Part shown: one piece after another, positions 1 to 12,105 of the stretch
Layout: each line of letters opens with the position of its first letter
How positions within the stretch are numbered: position 1 is the stretch's first letter
Assembly (NCBI RefSeq): GCF_001194135.2
Contig: NC_068985.1
Location: 109,138,313 to 109,174,267 of the forward strand
Source: Octopus bimaculoides
Lineage: Eukaryota
Reading direction: 5' to 3'
DNA length: 35,955 nt
Position numbers and translations under genes: made by a program
The notes under the pieces: model-generated
Told to the model about the DNA's origin: nothing
Databases searched by the model: none
Seen by the model: only the letters and a program-made list of their open reading frames with translations

Positions 1-18
1 TATATATATATATATATC

Positions 19-215
19 TTTTCGCCCTTTCAAAGCCTAGCCAGGCTCACGGGCCCGGTTTCCAGGTTTCTATGGCGTATGTGTTCCCGCAGCTGGACGG
101 GACGCCAGTCCATCGCCGCCTTACTCAAGAAACGGGAAGAAAGAGTGAGAGAAAGTTGGGGCGAAAGAGTACAATAGGGGTCGCCCCCCCCCCTGGGGGC
201 CATGTGGAGCTTAGG
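19..215 (-). mobile_element. 5'-truncated tRNA-derived SINE (core shared with 10721/19286 elements, different 3' module)
   Basis: Reverse complement starts cacctaagctccac...ctattgtactctttcgccccaactttctctcactctttc, matching the core of the 10721 and 19286 copies, then diverges into gcgatggactggcgtcccgtccag (V-domain-like, recalled). Confidence 0.75.
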
Positions 216-646
216 TGATAGATAGATAGATAGATAGATAGACAGATAGAAAAATCGGAAAAATCATGTTTAAAATTTAAGTGTGACTTTCCGCGCATAA
301 AATCTAAGATTTGTCATATTTCTCTTTATCCTTATTTGTTAAATACATAGCACTGTGTAACTTGTTAGTGTTTCCCGCAAATATTATTACAAGATTCTGT
401 AGTTTTCTTTTAGACATATGCACTTATTATAGGGAAATGTCATCTTGAATAGGCCTGTGATAGAGGAACATATCTTTATCTTACATTGTTTGCATTGCAG
501 CCATCAATTCAGTGTCATATATCATAATTTTATCCATATTACTCTCCTAGATATAGATAGAGACGTTACTTTAGAAGTAAAAGTAGGGAAAAGAAGAGAA
601 ACATGGGGTATCCATTTAAAATTAGAATTCAAAGACGTTATCATAC

Positions 647-762
647 CATCATTCTGCCATCTTTCTCCTGGAACATCCTCAAATAGTCATCCAAGATGTC
701 ATAGAAACATTCTGAAATGTAGTCAACTCTGGCCATCTCAATGTTGCTTCTGCCATGAAAAC
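647..762 (-). CDS. S-crystallin, coding exon 3 (gene continues beyond the left edge)
   Basis: Acceptor tactttctAG, then (G)[38 protein letters not shown], then donor GTATGA at 646. 116 nt, phase 0 out; embedded in track ORF 641..871. No further exon recognised in 1-646. Confidence 0.96.
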
Positions 763-1249
763 CTAGAAAGTAATACGAGAATATATATATGCATTCATAT
801 ATATATAGATATATATACTTACATAAATATATGTATATGTATGTATATATATATATATAATTATTTGGCAAAATGCGAAGTGAGCGTGATATACATATCT
901 ACAGAGTAATGCTTAGACAGATGATAATTTCAAAATTTCAGCTCCCTCACCCAAGGCGTTAAAATACACTGTTAGTACGATCCTCTCGAGCTGTTATGAA
1001 AGTAGAAACACATGTGTACACAAGTAGGTTTAATGTATATATTTACAAGGAACATTGAATACAGAGTATGAAGGAGATATCACCTTACCTCTAATTCATT
1101 TTCCGTACTCGGCATTCTGTATTCTACGTAAATATATGCCATTTTCTCTAGCTCTAGCACTCATAAGACCGGCTTCTCTGTTTGCAGCGTGTAAAGTGAC
1201 CATGACTACAACAGTGACTGAGGTCAAGGCAAGCAATTTTGAGGGAAAG

Positions 1250-1395
1250 GGATCAGTTAATTACATCACCCCAGTATTTCACTGGTACTTTATATCATCG
1301 ACTTCGAGGGGATGAAGTACATAATTGATCTCAGTAAGACTTATATTCAGGACATAAATAGCCCGAACAAATGCGGCAGATCATTTTGTCGAACG
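1250..1395 (-). mobile_element. Degenerate Nin-domain-like SINE fragment (intron 2)
   Basis: Reverse complement resembles the tcgataaaataagtaccagt...ggggtcgatgtaatcgact core seen at 5832-5870. Confidence 0.5.
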
Positions 1396-1972
1396 TGCTA
1401 AATATTCTTCCAACTCACAGCTTTGTGTGCAATATTAGGAAAAATAAAATACAAGGATTTTAGCTGGTTAGTATGTAAACGGAGATTTGTTGATCACAGC
1501 GTATTTTGAACTAAATACAGTCACCAAACGTTTAGTATGAAAGCTATGCAACATAGTTTACCTCCTTGTTTTATTTCGTCAAAGGGTTATAACTAACATC
1601 TTATCCTTTATGCAGTCAAAACCGAATCAATACATAGCGTCTGAGAGTTGTTACAACGAAGTCAATTGTGAGTACTTAATCGTTCATTTTAGTTTCAGTT
1701 GATTGATTCAACAATGTCAATAAATATTTAAATTCATAATACATTTCACTACTATATTGCCGAAGGCATTCGACTCACAATCATAATATTATAGGCTCAA
1801 TTCCTGGATCGGGCGGTGTGTTGTGTTCTTGATACTTCATTTGACGTTGTTCCAGGATAATAACAGAAACAGTGAGTAACAACCTAATGCTAGTATAATG
1901 GTATATAAAACATTTTCAAAAATGGTAATATAGTGGTATATTATGGAATAAGAAAATAGTAAAATTACTCAC

Positions 1973-2068
1973 CGAATTCTCTGGCCAAATATCTACCCAT
2001 AGCCATACTCTGGGGAATTTGGGTCCTGTTGTCCAATTCCAGCATTGGCATCATGGAGCATGGCATCT
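1973..2068 (-). CDS. S-crystallin, coding exon 2
   Basis: Acceptor ccttttctAG, then (K)[31 protein letters not shown](G), then donor GTGAGT at 1972. 96 nt; phase joins exon 1 (A+AG=Lys) and exon 3 (G+GT=Gly). Contains the GST N-domain QS motif. Confidence 0.97.
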
Positions 2069-3408
2069 CTAGAAAAGGTAAATGTGTGTATACATATATA
2101 TTTATAGGTATAAGTATTTGATGTCACAAGAATTTATCATCTTCGAGGGAATCTGAAATAATTCTTCTTTAGAACGGTTTATCTCGAAACAACCTTCGAC
2201 GTTTTCTATCCAAAAGGATTTTAACCCCATATTTACACGCTATTATTTTTGATTTATTTGCTTCGAGATACACTCCTCCAAAAACGAATTATGTGTATGT
2301 CTATCAACATTATATACACGCGCACACACATCAATATTGTGTGAAGATGTGCGCGCGTTCGTGTTTATGTCAGCTAATTTGAACAATTGAAATCCTGCAA
2401 ATTGTATTAATATTTTGTCAGAAAAATTGGCACTCGATCATGTAAAGAACGATATTTACCGACAGTTTGATGCGACGCATTCATCGTAAAGCATTGCTGC
2501 AAGTATTTATTGTATCTAGCCGAAAGAACAATATAGAAATCGATACATGGATCAGTTGAACACTTAACCTACAGAGCTGAAACCAAAATCTGTAATACAT
2601 TCGTTTCAGATTCGTAGCATTTCAACCACTCCAGCTTTCATGCGCTAATAATTCCTTCTCAGATTAGCACAAGGCTAGTAGTTAACTAGAAAGTGTTATT
2701 TTGGTTTTATTGACTTTGAATTTATTACTGTATATCAGGTTAAGTCGACTTATGCACTAAAAGCCTGGGTGGAACCAAAAGTTTCAGGTGAAGTGCAACA
2801 GGAATTGTAAAAATAGTGTCAGTGTTTCAATGTTTACACAGCATACTACGTCAATTTGTATGCCGGAAAATAAGTATATTGTCTGTAAAGCAATAAAAAG
2901 AACAGTAGGTCTCCTTGGTATTCGAACTCAAGATATAATACCTGCGTGAATTTATCAAGAACGGAATAGCCTTGTTTCTGCCAATCATTAAATTTTTACT
3001 TAACAATTTTTTATTAATGTCAAGAGATAATAAACGAGCGCTGCATATTTTACTGGAAGGTTTGCAGTCAATTTAATCAGTAATATTGGTTCATACTTCA
3101 ATAATCTCGAATATATGTCAAGCAAAATTTTCGTAGGTGGTATTTGAAATCAGAATATGTATTAAACACCACTGTAATTCATCTAACCTAAGAGTCTGCG
3201 TCTACCATTCTACCATTTCAATATTGTTTTACAAGAAAATGGAAAACAAAAGAAAGAAACTGAAAAATAAAACCGTTCAAATTCTCTGAAACTGTTCCCA
3301 CGGTACGTCATCTGCCGAATGAAAGCCAACATTGCAATCAATTGTTGCAACCTGTGCTGAATAACTCTCCGGAAGAGCATGTACCTCGATAGTTTATAGA
3401 AAAACTAG

Positions 3409-3452
<44 letters not shown>

Positions 3453-4436
3453 GTCTGTGTTCATCTAACTTGCAAGAAACAGCAGATTATTTTCCTAGCA
3501 ATATCACATTGTCATCTAAAAGTATAATGAGTACATAATGTAATGTAGCCCTAGAGTTGGAAAATTATTTTTTTAGAATCGGAATGAGCACAACAACTAG
3601 AAAAGGTTTGATGCAATATCTGCTGAAATAAGGCCTACTTAGGGCTGAATTAAACTGATTGGTTTACTAATTAAAGTAAAAACTAAAAAAAATAATACTA
3701 AAATAAAATAAGATATATATGCGTGACTATGCGTGTGAATAAATATTTAATATGTGATGAGTTAGTCTCTGACTACACTGATTTTCGCCAGTGGGTGCAC
3801 AGGGTCTTCAGAAAACACCGTGCCGGAAGCCTTCGTGCACCCACAAACAGAACAGTATCAGATTGACTCAACCCAAATAAAATGATCTCTCTACTCTGGT
3901 ATCAAGTCCATTTCTTCCCGACAGTCAACATTAAACATGTACACACACACATACTCATGTATAGATGATTGAGAGAGATAGGAAGAGAGAAAGAGGGAGA
4001 CATGTAACATTTTGCAGCTTGAGTATTTAGGAGTTACAAAGAGTATGATCAGTCGTGATGTCCATGCGGTTCTTTTGGCAAATAAGCAATTTAAGTAATC
4101 ACATGCAACAAATAAAAGCAATTAATGTAATGGTAAATAAAAAAAAAATTCAAATGCTGGATGACAAAATAATTTATGATCATAGTTTATTATCTACATG
4201 GATATTTAGTTGATTATCTACACTTTCAGAAAAAAAAAATTAATAATTTAACTAGTTTTGAAAGCAATGGAGAATTATTTAAAAAACATAAAACAAGGTC
4301 AATTTCACAATAAAACTGACAGACTAATTAAATTAAAAAATCGTTCTATTTGACAACTTATTTCTTACATTTCATTTCACAATTCCTATTCTGTATCATT
4401 CATTTAAAACACAATCTATCAAATATGAATACATAC

Positions 4437-4569
4437 TGCTTCTCAAGCCGTCCCATTCTGAATATTCGATTCTGCGATCGTTGTACTGGACACCAGCAGC
4501 TGCAAAAAGCATACGGCAGATCTCAGCACGGCCACGGTGGTTGAAGTAATGCAGAGTGTAGGAAGGCAT
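4437..4569 (-). CDS. S-crystallin (GST-sigma family lens protein), coding exon 1
   Basis: Manual translation from ATG at 4569: [44 protein letters not shown] plus 1 nt, then donor GTATGT at 4436. 133 nt, phase 1. This is the characteristic N-terminus of cephalopod S-crystallins. Confidence 0.97.
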
Positions 4570-4688
4570 GGTTGATGTTGGCTGTTGGTGTTGTTATCAA
4601 CGTTGCAAGTGATCAGAAGTGTTCGTTTAGTTGTTGCAAATATGTTGTGCAGCAAGTGTTTGAGGCCGATTCCATCTGCTAGACTGTA

Positions 4689-4695
4689 TTTTATA
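4689..4695 (-). promoter_or_regulatory. TATA box of the S-crystallin gene
   Basis: TATAAAA on the minus strand about 120 nt upstream of the ATG; implies a start near 4660 and a ~90-nt 5' UTR (position inferred). Confidence 0.6.
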
Positions 4696-5402
4696 GTCAA
4701 CTGATATGTATTTATCTCAGATAATGAATAATGTCAAACTAATTACTGAAGGACTAAGAGAAAAAATCATAGCGACTTGTTAATTACGTGATGTTCTCCC
4801 AAAATAGGTGACTGCGCACTGTCTATTACTGTCATTTAAGCTTCTAAACAGAAGACATGCACATTTTTGAGAGTGAATTCACAAGTAATTTGTCTTACTT
4901 TTCCTTGCAACAAGTGCACAATTTGATTTAACAGCTATTACAGTAAAATTGTTGAAACAACTGTTTGAAAAAAAATGTAAGATAAAGACAGGAAGGAGAA
5001 TAGATAAAATAAAATATAAATACATGACATGACTTTCTCACAGTGACGGCAATTTCATCTTCAAAGTAAACTCTATTTGAACGATCGATTACATCTTACA
5101 ATTAAAATTAAGATAACTACGTATCCCCCTTGATTTGATTTTATCATCTCCCACAAGTATTGTCCTGGCATTTGTTTAATATCTTAAAGAAATTCCCCGA
5201 CAATTTATTCGTGCGTCAGGATTAGAGACAGTTATTTTTTTAAATTTTTTCTTAAAGCGTATCATTTAAGGAATCCTGTCTAAGAATTCCTGAAACGCAT
5301 GTTTGGTGCATTGCTCATAATGGAATTGGATATGACATCTTTGAAGCAAAGATATGCAGAGACAAGACAATTCTGACGATAGTACTAGAATCGTTCTTTC
5401 AT

Positions 5403-5560
5403 AGTCGTGTCTGTGTGGTAAGAAGTTTGTCTTCCAGTTATATGGTTCTGAGTTCAGTCCTAGTGTGTTCAAACTTGGGCAAATGTCTTCTACTATAGCC
5501 TCAATCGAACGAAATCCTTGTGAGTGGATTTAGTTGATAGAAACTGAAAGAAGCCCGCCG
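5403..5560 (+). mobile_element. tRNA-derived SINE, family A (CORE-like), degenerate
   Basis: Aligns by eye to the 35774-35936 copy, ends gaaactgaaagaagcccg followed by (TA)n. Confidence 0.85.
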
Positions 5561-5586
5561 TGTATATATATATACATATATATATT

Positions 5587-5639
<53 letters not shown>

Positions 5640-5935
5640 TTGGTGTGTCGCGTCCACACAACTTACAGTTTGACAAAAGATTCCGAGAGATTAATTATCG
5701 GGCTTTAAAAAATATAGATCCTGGAGTCGATTTGTTCGACTAAAATCAGAGCGAAATGCTTAGTGGTATTCTGTCGCTACGTTCTGAGTTCAAACTCCGG
5801 TGTGGGCGACTTTGCCTTTCATCCTTTCGGGGTCGATAAAATAAGTACTAGTTGATGTAATCGACTCATCGACTCCTCCCAAATTGCTGCCTTTGAGGCA
5901 AAATTTGAAAGTATTATTATTGGATTTATTTTTTT
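5640..5935 (+). mobile_element. Two adjacent Nin-domain-like SINE fragments
   Basis: Contains ttctgagttcaaactcc...tttgcctttcatcctttcggggtcgataaaataagtac...gatgtaatcgact; upstream part resembles the copies at 12009 and 17370. Confidence 0.65.
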
Positions 5936-8476
5936 GCTTTCTTATCGCAAATATCCCACAGATTTTCTTGTATGTTATTTGCATATATTTGCTCCAGGGA
6001 AAGCTGGTTTAATAAATGATGTTTTTTCCTTCTTTTTTAATATCTTTCCTATCTGTTAGTCAAAATATGGGCTTTATTGACATTTTGAACTTTGATTTGG
6101 TTTGATTTGATCCGCAAATTCAGTAAATCAGTGAAGCAATTCTTAGCAGAGCAAAAAACGGACAATGGACATCAATCTGCTATAACGAAACAGAAAAACA
6201 TTAACACATCTGTTTAGTAAACAATGCACACGTTTTGAAAATGAAAATCATTTTCCCTGTATAAACATAGGGAAAATTATTATTTTGTGTGAAACTGAGA
6301 AATTGCTCGGGGACAACAACCAGAACAGCAACGATGGCGACGGCAACAATAATAACATTGACACTAACATACAGACATAACTATCATCGGTCTACATAAC
6401 AAATTGGATTTTCCTGAGTTACCTTGATGGTTATATCTTTGAAGCTAAGCAGTAGAGTCCGAAACGGTGACGTCAAAAGTTGTATTCAAAAGAACGCAAT
6501 TCTTGCATAAATAATACATTCCTAAGCGAGTAAAGAGAAATTGATTTACCTCTGTTTCGCTCAGGGTAATTGCCTGTACCTCAAAAAGATAAGCAAAGCA
6601 CAAGCATATGTGCCTGAGTGGTTCTATGGAAACCATGTTTCTGTCAGACACATTTGAGACTGCTATATTTTTGTTACACTATCTCTGATAATTTGATGAT
6701 GTAAACTGCTCGTGTAATGATTTCTTAAACAAAAAAAGAATTTCATTCATGAAACGCGTGTAAGAATGTATTGAATATATCTTAAGCTTTATCTTTATTC
6801 TTAATTATTGTTTCTATGCTGTGTTAAAAAATATCGATGTATAACTGCAATAAGATACTGATAGTTATGATTATATTTCTTTTGTCGAATAGAAATTTCA
6901 CTCTATAATCGTAAACATGGCATTCTAACAATTGGTTATATCATGCTGTATATACCACTCAACACAGATCCAACGCACATACGTACGGACACATATATGC
7001 GTGTTTATGTGTCGGTGCGTGTGTACGTGTGAGTGTGTGTATGTGTGAGTGTGTAATATTCATCTCCGCTTTCGATTGCATTTCATAGATGATCACTTAA
7101 AAAGCAATCTATTATAAATATGCAGCGTTAAATGCAACAAAGGTTGACATATCTATATTAATGAATATGAGGCTCAAAAGGCATATTATCTATTTATTTC
7201 TTGTGAGATTTCATCTATGATGTAAAATGTAAGTTCGTATTGTGTCTTTGCTTTCCCTGCCAACATAAAAAAGTAATCTAATTTACAAACCAGCGAAGAA
7301 ACGTTTTGTGGACTGCTTATTTGTCGAGAATAGCAACCACATTTCCCTTACATAGCAGTGATGCTATTAAAAGGAGAAATAATCTTTGAAGCAGAGACAG
7401 TTCGTTGAACATTAGAACTATTTAGTAATATTTCTGATTAATCAGATTTAATCCGGGGCAAGCAAGGACATTAACGGCATCATCTAAGAATGAAAGAAAT
7501 TATGAAACCTAATAATCTTCAGAAAAGATTTGAAAATTAGCAGAATGTCAAACCAAATTTCTTGCAATATCTATTTTCGTCTCTTTTATACTGACTTTCA
7601 AGATTGCTTACGTGTCATATAGCTACTAATATAGTACTGATAATTTTCTGCAACACTGGTATAGTCATTATGTTTTACTTGATCACACCAAGCTCTGCAA
7701 ATATTCTAAATTTTCCCTTAGCAAAATAATATATTTTTGCATTTATATGAATTAGATAATCGAAATCATTCTACTGGGTGATGAAAAATGGATATTTGTG
7801 TAAATATCTTACATAATATTTCACCAACGACGAGATACCTTTTTATAGCACAAACAGTTTCACTTATCTAATAAATCTAGACGCCTTTTATGTTTTTTCC
7901 GTGTTATTCAACAAGAATTTTAAATGTAATTTCCACACACAAAGGAATGAATAAATTTAGTTGCAAGGACCTCACGGGAGTATTTTTTCTAGACAAACAT
8001 TCAATATATAACGACAAAGACGGCTGTTTATAAATCTAATAGGAAATGTTATTCAAAGCGCTTGTAAGTCTTAGTAGATTCTTCAAACTCGGTCCTTAAG
8101 CACATTCGTGATAAACGTTTTTGTATATACACAGTAATATATTTCTCGTAAACAACTTAGAATAAACTTTTAATTAAAACAAAAGTTTTTCAGTCACGTA
8201 TTGATTGCCTACTTTTCGAACAATTTTCAAGTCAATCATATACAATAGTTGACTTATTGTATAATATTGTGTCTTCTTACCTCACACTGTTAACAAGAGA
8301 ATCACTGATTTTATTGAAATATATTGTGTTGTCTCTATTAGAGTGGATGAAATTTAATCAAAATTTTCAATGCCCATATTTGCCCTCTATGTTATGCCTC
8401 ACCTTTCAATTTCTAGCAAAATTCGGATTTAAAATCGCGTTTTTGATTCGAGATAAATATACGTATGTCTGTTTGT

Positions 8477-8480
<4 letters not shown>

Positions 8481-8549
<69 letters not shown>

Positions 8550-8650
8550 TGTGTGTGTGCGTACGTGTGTGTGCGTGTGTGTGTGTGTGTGTGTGCTTGT
8601 GTGTGCATTTATGTATATGTGTATGTGTTTGTGTGTGTATGTATATGTAT
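8481..8650. repeat. (TA)n-(TG)n compound microsatellite
   Basis: Directly visible; source of several low-complexity track ORFs. Confidence 0.98.
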
Positions 8651-10720
8651 TCGTGCACGCGCCCGTTCGCGTTTGTCATTTACCACCGTTTCACAACCGG
8701 TGTTAGATGCTTTACGTTCCTATAATTTACCGGTTCGGCAAATGTGATCAGGCTCAGAAATAGATACTGGACACAGTTCATTGAAGGTGGTGACCCAGAG
8801 TTGTCGCAGTCTGCTGACTGAAATGAATAACAGATAAAAGATATACCACAGGTCTTCTCTTAAAATGAAATATTCTGTGGTGTGTCAAATTTATACTGTG
8901 GGTTGTAGTCCCCAAACTTTGAGAAATAAATGAACTATCTTCATTGATGTATTTTGGATAACTTTCAAAACTGCACGATTTAGCATAATACTGTGTAGGA
9001 CCCAGAGTATTGCTTCAACAGCATAAATTGAATTGGCTTTGTAGAACCGTTAGATATATTTGTACGTGATTTTCTGAAGCACTTTCAGACCTGGTCCCCT
9101 GTGTCTATCTTTACCTTCCACATGGGATCACGAGCAAAAATATAAATAGTTACACAAGCAGCACAAACGTAACGATTGCAGTCAAGCTAAATGGCAGAAT
9201 CCCAAAAGAATTCAGAACAATAACAATCGCTCGAATCGCTAATTTCCTCATCTTTTTCAACAGTTTGATTGCTTGCATCTTTCACACTGTCAGAGGAAAG
9301 GTAAATTCTTCGTCCAAAGACAAAATATCGTCAATAATTGTAAGGAGTCTAGACCTTGTTCGTTTACCAGACAAAGTCCTGGTTTCGTTACACGCTGGTT
9401 TTATTGCCAAAACTCCTGGGTTTTCTTCGATTAAAAACAAAGGTAAGCAACAGCTATGGGGGATATCGTTAACGTTGAGTCACAAACACACTTGGCTACA
9501 CAGCTGTAACGAGTGTAGTCTGTTTTTGGTGTTTTACCATCTTTTTCTGGGTGTATTGTTCATTACCACTTCAATGGAGATCCGGTAGAGATTACAGTTA
9601 GCCTATTTAGAGTATACTGAGAACAGGGCTCGACGGGTTTAAAATTAAATGTGCCTCACATTTTCAGTGTTACCTAGTTGTGGTACACTTGTTGGTGTCT
9701 TCAGGCGGGATCGAAATCGTTTCAATATACATTTCTTTGGTAAATTAGCTTCAGTTAACTTTCTTCTGATTGGAATTTCTGACTCAATATGTAGAATATG
9801 CACATATATATAAACTATATATAAATACATACATATATAAATATATATATATATATATATGCATATTTAAATATTGTATATACTGTATATGTACACACGC
9901 ACACACATATACATGCATATAATATTTCTGTGTACACGCGCGCGCGTGTGCATTTGTGTGTGTATGTATCTATAATTATATTGTAATGAAAGAAAAAGTA
10001 ATCAGTGCGACTGTGTATCTATGTGTGTATATGCATACAATTCCTACTTTCACATGTTACACCNNNNNNNNNNNNNNNNNNNNNNNNNNNNNNNNNNNNN
10101 NNNNNNNNNNNNNNNNNNNNNNNNNNNNNNNNNNNNNNNNNNNNNNNNNNNNNNNNNNNNNNNNNNNNNNNNNNNNNNNNNNNNNNNNNNNNNNNNNNNN
10201 NNNNNNNNNNNNNNNNNNNNNNNNNNNNNNNNNNNNNNNNNNNNNNNNNNNNNNNNNNNNNNNNNNNNNNNNNNNNNNNNNNNNNNNNNNTATATATATT
10301 TATATATATATATATATATGCATATTTAAATATTGTATATACTGTATATGTACACACGCACACACATATACATGCATATAATATTTCTGTGTACACGCGC
10401 GCGCGTGTGCATTTGTGTGTGTATGTATCTATAATTATATTGTAATGAAAGAAAAAGTAATCAGTGCGACTGTGTATCTATGTGTGTATATGCATACAAT
10501 TCCTACTTTCACATGTTACACCCGTACATACAAATATGTACATATGTAAATATTTATACACATTGATTTTTAAAGCTTTCAACTTTGAAAATGATATTTT
10601 AGTGCCGAAATATTCACTTTAAACTCCTATAACTTTATATGAAATAGTCTATCTTGAGTTGAAACACTTTTCTTGTTAATTTATGTAATAGATTGATACT
10701 GTCGCTATATTATAAGCACA

Positions 10721-11096
10721 GGAGGCACAATGGCCCAGTGGTTAGGGCAGCGGACTAGCGGTCGTAGGACCGCGGTTTCGATTTTCGATTCTCAGACCGG
10801 GCGTTGTGAGTGTTTATTGAGTGAAAACACCTAAATCTCCACGAGGATATGGCAGGTGGTGGTGGCGAACCCTGCTGTACTCTTTCACCACAACTTTCTC
10901 TCACTCTTTCATCCTGTTTCAAAGGTCCAGTCTTGTCACACTCTGTGTCACGCTGAATATCTCCGAGAACTACGTTAAGGGTACACGTGTCTGTGGAGTG
11001 CTCAGCCACTTGCACGTTAATTTCACGAGCAGGCTGTTCCGTTGATCGAATCAACTGGAACCCTCGACGTTGTAAGCGACGGAGTGCCAACAACAA
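10721..11096 (+). mobile_element. Full-length tRNA-Arg-like SINE (resembles octopus OR families)
   Basis: A-box-like tggcccagtggttag, B-box-like ggtttcgatt, ~375 bp, ends gtgccaacaacaac; second copy at 19286-19646. Confidence 0.85.
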
Positions 11097-12008
11097 CATA
11101 TACACTCAGCATTTATGATAGAAATGTGTGCACAGTATTTGTAAAGGTGAAGGCCGGATTTCGTATGTCGGTTTGCTCGATTGTACGTGTCTATAAGTTG
11201 TGTATTTTATATTTTCATTGAAATGTTTTTCAACAAACAAAATATTTTATTTTGGTTTACATGGGTCACGTAGCAAAAAAAAAAAAACATATATATCAAT
11301 ATTCCTATTATTTTCATTACTTAAAAATATTAATTATCATCGACAATGAACAGAGCAATGTTTCCAACAAAAGATTATTCTTCTTGTTATCATCACGAAA
11401 ACAATAATTAATCTAATCCTATAAGTGGTAATTTGAAACAGTAAAATACAAGTTCACATACGAAATTCGAACTACATATAAATTACACATGATTTTATCG
11501 ATGATGCCATAAAGCACATACATTTTTAGAGGAACCAGTAACGTAATCATCCTCTAGGTATTAATATATGATCAGAATCCATTTAACAAGCCTTTTATTA
11601 TTTTTCTCTATCAAAAATTCATGCTTATATTGGGCTCTATTATTTACATTAAAATAAGTTTTAATTGATTATTGTAATGGCATCCTAAGTATTATTCATT
11701 TCACGAGTGTATTCTATTGTCATATTTTAAATAATAAAACATTAATTTATTTAGTAATATATTTTATATTTTCTTTGCAAACAACGGAAAATATAACATC
11801 TGGTGATGTTTTAATAGATTTGTAAAAGAAAAATAATGATCATTTAAATGTATTATTGATGTAGCAAAGTGATAGAATTGTATTATTTATATACCAAAGT
11901 GATGGAGTTGATGTTCTGCAGGGAAAATAGTAGAAGTTACCCGTCGTCGGGAAATATAGTAGAATTTACCTGTCTTCATCACAATTAACCCTTGTCATCG
12001 TTCGTACC

Positions 12009-12105
12009 CCCACCATCACTTGACAACCGATTGTGGTGTGCTTACTTCCCGTAATATAGCGGTTCGGCAAAAGAGACCGATAGAACAGGTACTATCGGTC
12101 TCTTT
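12009..12105 (+). mobile_element. Nin-family SINE 3' fragment
   Basis: ttgacaaccgattgtggtgtg...agcggttcggcaaaagagaccgatagaa matches the reverse complement of 17370-17560. Confidence 0.65.

Noticed and set aside
445-909. 154-aa plus-strand ORF
   Set aside because: Antisense to S-crystallin exon 3 and runs through a (TA)n tract; no recognisable protein.
4443-4700. 85-aa minus-strand ORF over exon 1
   Set aside because: Wrong frame; the real exon starts at ATG 4569 in another frame and ends at a splice donor.
9840-10523. Apparently identical ~220-bp direct repeat on both sides of the gap 10064-10290
   Set aside because: Identical copies abutting an N-gap are typical of unmerged overlapping contig ends; probable assembly artefact.
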